Assembly: GCA_016748015.1 (NCBI GenBank)
Contig: JAAOMT010000762.1
Coordinates: 62,001-126,000 of the forward strand
DNA: 64,000 bases
Source of the DNA: Geosiphon pyriformis uo1
Taxonomy: Eukaryota; Fungi; Glomeromycota
Reading direction: 5' to 3'
The position numbers and the translations under genes are program-made. This document shows positions 49,001 to 60,225 of the stretch, piece after piece. Under the pieces are notes generated by a model. That model had not been told where the DNA came from. It searched no databases and saw only the letters and a list, made by a program, of their open reading frames with translations. Positions within the stretch are counted from its first letter, which is position 1; every line of letters begins with the position of its first letter.

Positions 49001-51641
49001 AATGGCATTGATCAATAGAGCCACCCAAGAAGATGTCCACCAAATGAAAGAAGCTGAATATATTGAGTATACCATAGAATTAGCTAGATTTAATTATGAA
49101 GATAAAGTAGAAACCAACCACCAAATTCCAAGCCACACATATCCAACCAAAGAAGCTCAAATTCAATGATTAGAGCAAATGAACATTTAATTGTGTGAAG
49201 AATGTGTTATGTCTTGTGATGACCAATGGTGTTTAGAATGTTATGCTCTTAGCATTCTTCTGCCAAATGAGAATGATGAAAATGAAATCGAATTTAGAGT
49301 ATTTGAACTAGTAGAAAAACTACCAACCACCCCCATCTATCTTCTTGAAAAGCAATCACCTCTACAACTTAAATATTTTGACAATCATGGCCAAGGAATT
49401 AGACCAGAAAAAGCACACGAAATTGATGCTAAATATGACCTAAGATATCCAGGAAAAGATACTTTGGTTCTTCAACCAAAGTCCTTGACAAAAATCAATC
49501 TCAAAATTGCTCTTGAAATTCCACCAGGAGCAATGGTTCAAATTGCCTCCAGATTATCATTGGCGAGCAAAGGAATCAATATTAGAAGAAGAGTTATAGA
49601 TGCAAGATACACTGGAGACATTACCATCATGTTACAGAACAAGACAGACAAATCATTCAAAATTGAACATGCTGAAAAAATTGCTCAAGCAATTTACTTA
49701 CCCTTAATTAACATTTCGGAATTACAATCAGTAAACAACAGAGAACAATTGGGAAAAAGTGAAAGAGGAACTCAAGGTTTTGGTTCAACTGGACAATTTA
49801 CAGTTCCAGTAATATATAGCTCTTAATACACAAAATGAATCTTACCAGATTCTTCAACTTCCTCAGCCAATTACCATTTCATCTTTTGGAGAACATCACA
49901 AAATTTATACTTGCTCAAAACCCACCACCACACAACAAATCTTTGAATCCAATGAACAAATCTGTTTGAAGCATGAAATCTCAATTCCAAACGTTTATAT
50001 TCCCAAAGAAATGAGAAAATTTCGAGTTACATTCTACAACTCTAATAATTACCCTATTGTTTTATTAAACAAACTAGAGATTGGAATCATACACAGCAAT
50101 ATTTTTCAAGATGAAAACCCTCAAATTGTCTCTAATTTCATCGAAATTGTAAGGCACACTTTACTCCCAAATCCAAATATTATTCCCACTACTGAAAACT
50201 ACTACTTTTTGGAAGAAAAACTCTCTCAAATCAACATGGGTTCCTTAGAATCTCAACAACAAAGACAATTGAAACAATTAATAGCTGAATTTGCAGATAT
50301 ATTTGCAAAAGACAACAATAACTTGGGAAAAACAGACATTGTTCAACATCAGATCCATACAGGAAATGCTTTACCAAAACGTTAACAAGCCTATCGAGTG
50401 CTACCTGCCAGCCACCAATTCATCAGAGAAAAGGTCCAAAAAATGCTCAATAATGGATTGATTCAACCATCAAGAAATTTTTGAGCCTCACCAGTAGTTT
50501 TAGTTAAAAAAAAAACGGAAAAATCAGATTCTGTGTTGATTATAGACAACTGAATAGTGTTACAATTGGAGATGTCTTCCCTCTTCCAAGAATTGATGAC
50601 ATGCTAGATGCTCTAGGAAAAGCCAAGTTCTTCTCAACTTTAGACTTGGAAAGTGGATACTGGCAAGTCGAAATGGACCCAAAAGACCAACCCAAAACAG
50701 CATTCACCACCCAAGGAGAAAATTATGAGTTCAATATTATGCTTTTTGGACTCTGTAATGCACCAGCAACATTCCAATGACTCATGGATGTTGTATATGA
50801 AAGACTCTTATGACAATTAATAGTTGTTTACCTAGATGACACTGATGTGTACTCACCAAGCTTTGAAGCCCATTTTATTCATCTGCGAGAAGTTTTTCAA
50901 CAATTATGGAAAGCAGGATTAAAGTTAAATATTAAGAAATGTCACTTTGGAAAAACAAGCTTAATTTTTCTTGGACACATTGTTAGCAAAGATAGAGTCA
51001 AACCAAACCCTAGAACAATTAGTGCTGTTAAAAACTTCCAAACCCCAAAAAATACCACAGAGCTATGAGAATTTGTGGGATTAGTCTCTTATTATTGAAA
51101 ATTCATCAAAGAATTCTCAAAAATTGCCAAACCACTCAATTATCTCACCAATAAAAATGTGCCATACAAATAGACTGAAGAACAACAAGAAGCATTCAAA
51201 ACTCTCAAAACAAAGCTGACAACAGTCCCAGTTCTTGCTTACCCAGACTTCAACAAACAATTTCAACTAGCCACTGATGCTTCACACATAGCATTTGGTG
51301 CCATCTTATCACAAGTAGATAAAAATGGACAAGAACAAGTTATTGTTTATGCTAGTAGGACACTCAAACCAACAAAACTAAAATACGGCTCAACTGAATT
51401 AGAAGCTACAGCAGTTATTTGGGCTCTTAAACATTTTCAACAATATCTGAAGAATGGAAAAAAATTTGACATAATAACAGACAACATTGGCCTCAAATGG
51501 CTCAATAAAAAGAAAACTGAACAAAGTGCCAAACAGTCTCAATGGAATGACTTCCTAGCAGACTACAAATATATTATACACCACAAACCAGGAAAACTAC
51601 ATACCAATGTTGATAGCCTTTCAAGAATGAAACAAGATTAA
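46017..51641 (+). pseudogene. B2 fused gag-pol
   Basis: ORFs starting 46017, 46677, 47718, 48813 and 49191 share one frame (no gag/pol shift); LILDSRSAGS, YLDD; TAA at 51639-51641. Confidence 0.92.
49365..49793 (+). pseudogene. dut: dUTPase domain in B2 pol
   Basis: DAKYDLR, IASRLSLA, VIDARYTG, KIAQAI, RGTQGFGSTG. Confidence 0.92.
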
Positions 51642-51698
51642 TACCAACAACAATTCCACCACAACTTACCAACCTACCAACAAAATAACCAAACAAGA

Positions 51699-53082
51699 AT
51701 AGATCCCAGAAATTACAGCAATCTTAAAAATTATTTGGAGACTCTTACCATACCAAAAAACTGATCTCCAAGTAAAAAACATCATTTACAACACCAATCA
51801 AAACAATATTTCATACACTAGAACAAAATCTATTATAAAAATCACAGAAACCCAAACCAACTACTCAGATTAGTACAAGAGAATAAAAAAGAAACAATTT
51901 TATATAACATGCACACAGATCCGTCTTCAGCACACTTGGGAAGAGATGGAACAATTCAAAGAACCCTTAAACATTATTTTTGGTCTTACATGCAAAAAGA
52001 CATTTGACAATATGTAGAATCTTGTGATAGTTGTCAAAGAAGAGAAGGAACTCACCCCACAGAACCTTTAAATCCAATCAAAGTTGGACAACCTTTTGAC
52101 AGAATTGGAATTGATTTAGTCAGACCATTACTTATCACAATTCAAGGAAATTATTATATTGCAGTTGCAGTGGATTATCTTACCAAATGGCCTGAAGCTA
52201 GAGCCATCTAAAGAGCAGATGCAAAATCAGTAGCAAATTTCATCTATGAAGACATTATCTGTGACATAGATGTCCAATTGAACTCTTATCTGATCAAGGA
52301 ACACATTTTGTGAACAACTTAATACAAGAAATTTGTGAACAATTCAATATTAAAAGACCTCTATCATCATCTTATTACTCTCAAACAAATGGACTTGTAA
52401 AATGTTTTAACAGAACATTGTGTGAATCTCTAGCCAAAGTCTCAACAGATTTTGAGCAGGAATGAGATATCTTTATTCCATTAGTGTTACTAGCATACAG
52501 AACACTAAAACAAAATACTACGAAACACACACCATTTGATCTTACTTATGGAAGGACAGCAACATTACCAATTAATTTCACAGTGGAAACATACCCAGTG
52601 CAACCAATCAATGAAGAAAACTTTCAAGAAACACTCCAAAGAAGAGCCTACACTTTTCTTAGTACACTGGAAGGAAAAAAAAGAATAGCAACAACTCATA
52701 TTGAACATTCCCAAGCTCAACAAAAAAAAGACATGACAACAAATTACCACCTATTACCAACAAATTTAGAGTTGGAAATAAAGTTTTCTTACACAGAACT
52801 AAGGCTGAAAAACAATGGAGTGAGAAATTTGAAAACAAATGGGATAGACCATTTTATATTCACGAAATTCTAGACAATGGATCATATAAGTTAAGACTTG
52901 ATGACAAAATATTAGCAAAAGTTGCACATGGAGACAGATTAAAACACTATTATTCCAGAAACAATTTTGAACCATTAATTCCACAAATTGGTACACATTC
53001 TTTTTTAATTAATCCTAAAGATATTCCCCGAAATTTAGAACCAATAATTATAATAAAACAACAACCAAACTTAAACTCTTAA
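51699..53082 (+). pseudogene. Stand-alone integrase of B2 (start decayed to ATA)
   Basis: Homologous to 30856-32241. Confidence 0.9.
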
Positions 53083-53213
53083 ATTTTACAATAACACAAA
53101 GACAAAAATAGTAAATAAATTACAAAAACACCCAAACCCAAAAACAAATAAAAACCCCATATCCCAAAAAATAATTTTCCTTATTTTTTTTTTTATAATT
53201 AGTCAATTTTATC

Positions 53214-53921
53214 ATGATTATTCCCCGAAATATTCAACAAATATCCCAAAAGTTAATGTTAGTCTTAAAAACACTTCTTGACTTATCCATAACGATTAAT
53301 AGAAGTCAAATTAATTACATTCAGAAAAAAACCACAGCCCCAGTAGCAAATCATTCACAGAACTATCACCTTTATAGAAGAAAAACAAGAAGTCACTCTG
53401 AAAATAGATTACCAAGACTTTTGAAGCAAACACTAGAAAAAAATCTTTTAATTGCCCCTATTGACATTTCACCAAATGCTACAATACAACAAAAACTTTT
53501 ACTACTTCTCAATAAACAGAACAATGAACACACCCCTATCTATAAATACTTTCACATTGGAAAAACACTTTATGAACGAAAACTGGAACTTGAAGCAACA
53601 AATCTCACTCCTGAAGCTATACAAAAACAAATTCACAATGAATTCAAAACAGCAGCTGGACCAACAAACACTTGCTACAAACTTAGAGCAGCTTTTAGAC
53701 TCTATGACTTGTTTAATACTTGTGAAAATGTTCTACAAAATCCAATACTGCAACCAATAAAAGTTCAATACATTGGCAAACTCACAGAACTGAAATTTCA
53801 ACAATTTTCAGACCAGATTACTTCAATTATTTTGGATCACTATCTCAATATTACAGATAGTGCTTGGACTTTGACGAAGCTCAGTCTTGAAGAGGAGATT
53901 ATGTTACCAGTAGAATTTTAG
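53214..53921 (+). CDS. B2 ORF3, 235-aa protein of unknown function; still open; stop inside the 3' LTR
   Basis: Uninterrupted ATG-started ORF; homologues in B1, C1 and the A copies. Confidence 0.72.
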   Translation: MIIPRNIQQISQKLMLVLKTLLDLSITINRSQINYIQKKTTAPVANHSQNYHLYRRKTRSHSENRLPRLLKQTLEKNLLIAPIDISPNATIQQKLLLLLNKQNNEHTPIYKYFHIGKTLYERKLELEATNLTPEAIQKQIHNEFKTAAGPTNTCYKLRAAFRLYDLFNTCENVLQNPILQPIKVQYIGKLTELKFQQFSDQITSIILDHYLNITDSAWTLTKLSLEEEIMLPVEF

Positions 53922-54875
53922 CTATTAATTAGCATGAAGTTACTCTTATAATTCCTATAATTAATTAGTATATTAATATTATTTCAAATTATCATTTATT
54001 ATTTAATCAATTATCACATATTACGATTCAATTAAAATAATCTAATTAGTATAACAGAAGTAGGATGATCAAATTACACAATACTCTGAACTTTATAACA
54101 TTCAAAAATTTGCCAAAATTTACAGAAATTCACCGAAATTATGAATAGTTCATCCAAATTAATTAATAGTTCAGCAAAATAACTTGTAGTTCATTAAAAT
54201 GTATCTTTAGTTTGCCGTAATTTGAGCAAAGAGGAAAAGTGCAAGTTCATAGACTAGTACTATAACAAGTTGTATAAAAAGAAGAGCTTTCTCTTCTGGA
54301 AAATATATCTTACTTTAGATTTATTACTTAGAACCATTTCTACATACACAAAAAGAAATAAAATATTAAATAATTCGAAAAACCAATTTTTTTAAAATAT
54401 TGCACTTGAAAAATCTCCAAAAAACCCAATTAACGTTTTGAAATTGATTAGCTACCAATTTCAGTAAACTGTTAGTGACTCCAGGCCTGAATAGAAAACG
54501 TTTCCCTTGATAAAATCCTATTTCTTTTATATTTCTTTTATTTTTTTTTTTTTTCTTATTACAATCATTAGGGTAGCCTACAGACGAGATTCCTGTAGAA
54601 GAATTGACTTTTACAGCAAAGTAACTACACATTTCTAGTGAGCTTCCAGATGAGCAATTTCTAGGGAAGAGTTGACATTTACTACAATGTAACTATACAA
54701 AGCAACTGGCATGGAATTGGCCATTCCACTTATAAACCCAACAGTTCAAATTATAGGAGATAATTTGAAGATAAATTCAGTTATTGAAGGTTCAACTACT
54801 TCTAGAAAAATGTGAATTTGCAACCAACAGACAGTTACAACATTCAAGAAAAGAGACCAAAAACCTCCAGTAACA
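53902..54875 (+). repeat. B2 3' LTR
   Basis: TGTTACC...AGTAACA. Confidence 0.95.
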
Positions 54876-57800
54876 GTGGTTATGATAGTGGCTCATGGAC
54901 AGAGTATGAACTTGTCCAGCCACTGGTAACTTGATGGATGTTGGTGGTTGGTTCAAGTGACTCTTTTTTTTTCCTTTTCCTTTCTCCTCTCAGTTTATGG
55001 TTGGCATTAGTTCGCTTTTGTTGTTGTTAGTCCAAGCATTGATGGTGACTTCCCAAGTAGGTTTTTCTTTTTGCTTTTCTTTTTCATTATTGTTGTCATT
55101 GTCCCAGGCAAGTATTGGCAGTAGTTTATTGTGGTCGATGTCTACTTATGAGACTTAATATGCTTTCCAAATGGGTTTCTCTTTTTCTTCTTTTAGTTCT
55201 ATTAATAGTTTCTTTCTTGAAGGAGCTTTGAAGTGCTTACACGTAGTTGGAGTTCTAATGTGTTGGCCATTCTGGCTAAGCTGGAGTTCTTGCGTGGTCC
55301 AGTCTAGGATGGCATTGGTTTTGGACAGCCAATCATTCCCAACCAAAGCTTGGTATTGGGTGGCTTTTATAACCAATATCTTAATGGGTGTGATAAGGCC
55401 ACTAATTTCAAATGGGAAGTTGTCAATTTTGCTGATTGGGGTTTTGGTTGCTCCATCAGCAGTGATAATTCTCACACTGGCAGCTTGGTTAACTCTGCGA
55501 CCTAATTGGTCCATGAGTTGCCGTGTGATGATGCTGCCAGCTGATCCACTATCTAGGATCAGCTTAATGGGGTGACCATTGACTTTCGCATCAGTGTATA
55601 TAGTGGTGATGAGTTTTTTCTTAAGTGCAGCTCCACTAAATAATGGTGTTGTCAATGGTGCCTCGAATTCAAATGGAAAGATTGCTGCCAGTGATTCATT
55701 ATTGGTAACAGTTGCTGGTGGAATATTATTGGTAAGTGTTGTTGGTGATTGATTTGATTCCAGGTTGTTGGAGGTGGCATCTTCTGGGATAACCAGGAGA
55801 CTTAAATAGTTTTGAGAATTCAGGTTCTGGGTGTAACTGGTGCCCGAATTCTAAGATCGCGACTCTGATGGTGGGGTTGATGAGCTGAGAATTAGTTGGT
55901 GGACAACCATCACCGATTTCCAGTTTTGGGTGACTCTTGATCTGGAGTTTCCTAATGTCATCTGAGTGAGATTTGGTAGTGGTGTTTGTACTGTGGTTGG
56001 TTGATATATTATTTGTGGCTGCGGCTGATACATTGTTTGTGGTTGTGATTGATAGATGGCTAGTGGTTGATAGACTGGAGTTTGATATATTGGCTGTTGT
56101 GTCATTGGTGGGTAAGAGTGTTGACTTTGATTTTGTTAATATTTCGGAGTTTGAAACTGGTGATCGGGGTTTCTATATTGATTTCCCAATCATTGGTTAT
56201 TTAAACAGGTATGGCAGTTGATTTGTAGGTGTTCTTGTCTTCCACAATAGTGGCATGCACACATTTTTTGTTGCCACTGTTGATTGGTTAATGAGGATGG
56301 ATGTGACTGATTCTGAAAATGATTGGTATTTCTCTGATTATTGTATCATTGTGGGAGGTTGATAAATTGTCTGGTTGTCAGCTAAGTATCTCTCGATTTT
56401 CTGATTAATAGAATCACTGATTTGCTTCAATTTGGAATCCAAATCAAATGATCCATTCATCACTAGATTTACAGCTTGGGTGTGGTTGGCTTCTAGCTCA
56501 GCTGCTTCAAAATCTCTAGCTTGGATGACTGCAGTAGGGAGGTCAACTGGATGCATTGGGTGTACTTATTGGAGGATGCTGCTGCATAGCCCTCTGATGA
56601 ACTGGTTCAAGATCTGTGGTGCCATAAAATAATCAGCTTGGATTGCCTGAATTTGGTGCAGATTTCTATAGAAGCATTCCAAGTAAGTAGTAACTGCTTC
56701 TGTGTCCTCTTGTTTGATGGTAGTGAAGGTGTTGGTCAAGCAATTGATACTGTTATTATTACTAAAATATCTCACAAACTTTGTCTTGAAATCATTAAAG
56801 ATTTGGGGTTTGGCAACTAGGCTCTGATACCACAAGTCGGCAGTATTCTTGAGAAAGTATGGAATAGCTTGTATTGCCCTGGCATCATTCCATCCATTGA
56901 CTGCGATGGTTTTTTCGATGTCATTGAGCCAGACTTGGGCATTGTTTTCTTCACTGGTGAAATTGTCAATTTTGGCAATTGGAGTGTAGACCATTGGATC
57001 TAAGTTTAGTTGCTGTTGTTGGATGGGTGGCTGAAGTGGTTGTTGTGGCTGGTGAATTGGCTGCTGGAGTGGTTGTAAATTTTGCTGATTCAGCAGTTGA
57101 ATTGGTTAAAATGGTTGTTGTAGTAACAGTCCAATGGGTTCAATTGGTGGGTGATTGATGACAATATTTGGAGGTAAGTTTGAATTAATTACTTCGGAGT
57201 TTTGATTGTCTTGATTTAATGGTGTTCTAATATTCAGAGTTTCAATTTTGGGGTTTTTTTGATTTGGATTTCTTGAAGTTTGATTGTTTGGGGTTTCAAA
57301 TTCTGGGTTTTCAAGGATCGGGTTTTGGTAAGTAAACTCTTGATCCTCAGATTCTTCTTTCTCTTCTTCTTGTTCTTCTTTTTCAGATAATTCCTATGGA
57401 ATAGTGGTGCTGAAATCTGGTGGTGGTGGTGGTGATCAAAATTCTGATGGTGTTGGCAATCACAATTTAAATCCTTCAAAATATGCACCATATGGTCCTA
57501 ATAACTCCTTTTTTCTTTGTTTACTTTGGAAGAAAAATCTTCCAAAGGCTGCTGTTGTGTTTGATGTAGACATGCTAGTAAATGTAATATTAATGGCACT
57601 TCCAGGTGTATAGTGGTATGATGGATTAGTTGGGGACTCAACTCTTGTTTTCTTCTAAGTGGGTGGTTGTATTCTTTTGGGTGTTACTGCTGGTGTTTGC
57701 AGTTTTCCTTTGCCTTTGCTCACGTAAGTAATGGGGTATCTTTGCTGTATGTGGTGTTCAATTTCTTTGTTGATTTCTGTAATGATGGAAGCGAAATTGT

Positions 57801-58137
57801 AATTTGTTGGCAGGTTGGTATTTTGAATTAATTTACTATAAAAGACTTCTCTTGCTGATTCAATATTTACTGGTGTTTCTAACAGATAGGCAATTCTTTT
57901 GTTGACATAGAAATTGAAAGCTGATTCCGTTGATATGTAGTTGTGATTTAATCTCAAATGTTGACAGTAGTGTTGAAATAAGGATTTCACAAATCTTAGA
58001 TGGTTTGTTCTTATGTTTTCTAATTCTGCCACTTTTAGATTTGTGTTGGTACTGGTTCTCTGTAGAATTATACCTCATAGGGAGCACCAAATGTTACAGG
58101 TAACAATTTTTGGTGTTGGATTAGATAACAAACCCAT
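54876..58137 (-). pseudogene. C1 gag and protease (possible start ATG 58137 inside the 5' LTR)
   Basis: IAKIDNFTSEENNAQVWL, QFIRGL, CHYCGRQEHLQINC, LILDSGSAGS, ALVGNDWL. Confidence 0.9.
58073..58089 (-). promoter_or_regulatory. C1 PBS TGGTGCTCCCTATGAGG
   Basis: 2 nt inside the 5' LTR end; nearly identical to the A-family PBS. Confidence 0.8.
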
Positions 58138-58962
58138 AACTTGGTGCTCAAATCTAGTTGCAGTTGATAGTGATCTGAAAGTTTGTGTTTAAAGGGTTTG
58201 TATCTGAAGAGTTTGGTTGAGTTCTTTGTATAATGAACAGAGATTCAATGATAATAGTTTTATCTGTAGCTTTCTGAAACCACAGTTTTATCAATTTCTT
58301 TCTCAGCTTGATGGCCAGTATTCCTCCTGGTAAGCTATTCTTAATTAAGTGTTCTACCCTTATTTTTGGGTCTTTTATCAGTCACGTTTATCCTGACGTC
58401 AGTATTCCACGTGTTAATTCTCAATAGAGTTAGTAAACAACAATAAAATCAAAGCAAGAAATAAAGAAAAGAAAAGAAAATAAAGAAAGAAAAGAAATAA
58501 GCCAAGGCAATTTGCAAGTTAGTATTCTGTCAATAGCCATAATCAAGAGCTATTGTTCCAGTGTGGTTAAGTATCAATTATTATCAACATGAAGTGTTGA
58601 TAGTAGTAGTGGGTTTGAGATAATAAACAGTTATTTATTTGTGGTTTGGAAAGTTGTTTAGCTGAAATCTAAACTGAGAGGTCTGTCTTTTTAGCTTCTA
58701 ATCTTACTGCTATATATACATAATTAAGATTCCTTAATTCTTCAATTCTTTACAACAGGAATCCTGAGATTCTTGGAATTCTACAATTCCTTTGAGAGGA
58801 ATTCTGGAATTCTGGAATCCTGCAATTCCTTGTGAGAATCCTGTAATTTCTAGAATTCTGCAATTCCTAAGAGGAATCCTAGAATTCCACATTTTACTAC
58901 ATCTACTTCTGATTGGTTAATAACTATGCTAATATATATTCCCTATATTTCTATGAGTAACA
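58092..58962 (-). repeat. C1 5' LTR (871 bp)
   Basis: TGTTACAGG...GAGTAACA; repeat of 21332-22182. Confidence 0.95.
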
Positions 58963-59135
58963 GTGGTTAATAATCAAATTAATAATTAGGTCAATAATTA
59001 GATCAATGATCAGATTAATAGTTAAATCATTAATCAGATTAATAATTGCTATCTAAAAATAGAGTGGCTAATTATATGATATTAGTGGCTAATACATGAG
59101 ATAACTAATAAAAAGTATGAGTTTCAATTATAACA
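58963..59135 (-). repeat. A2 5' LTR, right part
   Basis: Resumes the 12-bp array, ends ...TTATAACA and is followed by ATAT. Confidence 0.88.
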
Positions 59136-59744
59136 ATATTATAAATATTTTTTTAAAAATTTTGTTATTCTTATAATAACTGTTTAAAACAATACAAAAA
59201 TTAAATACAAAACTAAAAATAATAATTAATAAATTTTCAATTTATTATAAAGTTATAAGTCAAAATAAAAACAAAAGTCTATATAAAATTATTTATTTTT
59301 AGTTTTATTAAATAATATGTAAAAAAGTAATAAACTATATTAATAAAATAGTAAAAAAATCGAAAAAAGCTTTAAATAATTTATAAACTATACATAAAAC
59401 CAGAAAAATTATTTTTAAAACTCTTAATTTATAAAAAAATTTTACTAATTTTTTATTATAACAAAGTTAAAAAACACTTGAATATTTTAATATTATATAT
59501 AAATAAAACAAATTGATTATTCAATTAAAAAGCACTATAATAAATTAAATAATTCATAAAAAATAATAATTTGATTTTATATTATATTATAAAACAATTT
59601 ACAAATTGTATTTAGTTTTTAATACTGTTTTTTAATATAATTATATTCAATAATAAATATTTTTATAGTTAAAAATATTAGAAAAATAACTAATTTTTAA
59701 TTTAAAATTACCAAAAAATTGTTATAACAATTATTAAATACTAT

Positions 59745-60225
59745 TATTACAGATTAGAGTAACAAGTTAATAGATAGCAAGAAAAAACAGAATTGTAGAA
59801 TAAGAAAATTAATCAAAGAGAGTTCAACTTCAAGGAACAAATTGAATAAGTATGGATTTAATGTGCAAGATCAGTTTCATAAAATATCTCAATTACTATT
59901 CTTTTTAAAAAATAACTGGGTAATCTAAAAGTAAAGAAATAGTCTATACTGTTAACAAATAATAACATACTAATATAATTCTATGTTTCATATTTACACT
60001 CTTAAAATTTAATATTAGGTATTAGATATATTCTTTAGTTATGTTTTATTTAATAATTTTCAAATGCTATAATTATACAAGTCAGAAAAAGAATAGATAA
60101 ATGCCAACAAGTAATTTTTTATCCTAAAATGTTCAAATACTTGAAAGTAAAAAAAAAATTAGTGAGAAGAGAAAGATTAAGATAAAGTTGTTATTTTATT
60201 TTTTTGTTTTTATTAATTTGTATAT
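59745..60225 (-). repeat. Old, decayed family A LTR interrupted by element E
   Basis: Homologous to 4585-5060 (TATTACAGATTAGAGTAACAAG...). Confidence 0.8.

Larger units (their letters stand above)
44975..54875 (+). mobile_element. Full-length family B copy B2 (diverged subfamily, 9.9 kb)
   Basis: LTRs 44975-45971 and 53902-54875; TSD GTGG (44971-44974, 54876-54879); PBS at 45974; PPT GAAGAGGAGA. Confidence 0.96.
21332..58962 (-). mobile_element. Ty3/Gypsy family C copy C1 (about 10 kb native, expanded to 37.6 kb by B1, A3 and B2)
   Basis: LTRs 21332-22182 and 58092-58962; TSD GTGG at 21328-21331 and 58963-58966; internal pieces rejoin across the three inserts. Confidence 0.93.
14988..59135 (-). 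mobile_element. Family A copy A2 (older); 5' LTR split by C1, pol split by H2 and A4
   Basis: RT/PR 14988-16508, gag/pol junction 18895-20734, decayed PBS near 20765-20780, 5' LTR = 20787-21331 plus 58963-59135. Confidence 0.88.

Noticed and set aside
59136-59729. Possible additional ancient LTR ending CCAAAAAATTGTTATAACA
   Set aside because: Too AT-eroded, and there is no second copy in the window to support it.
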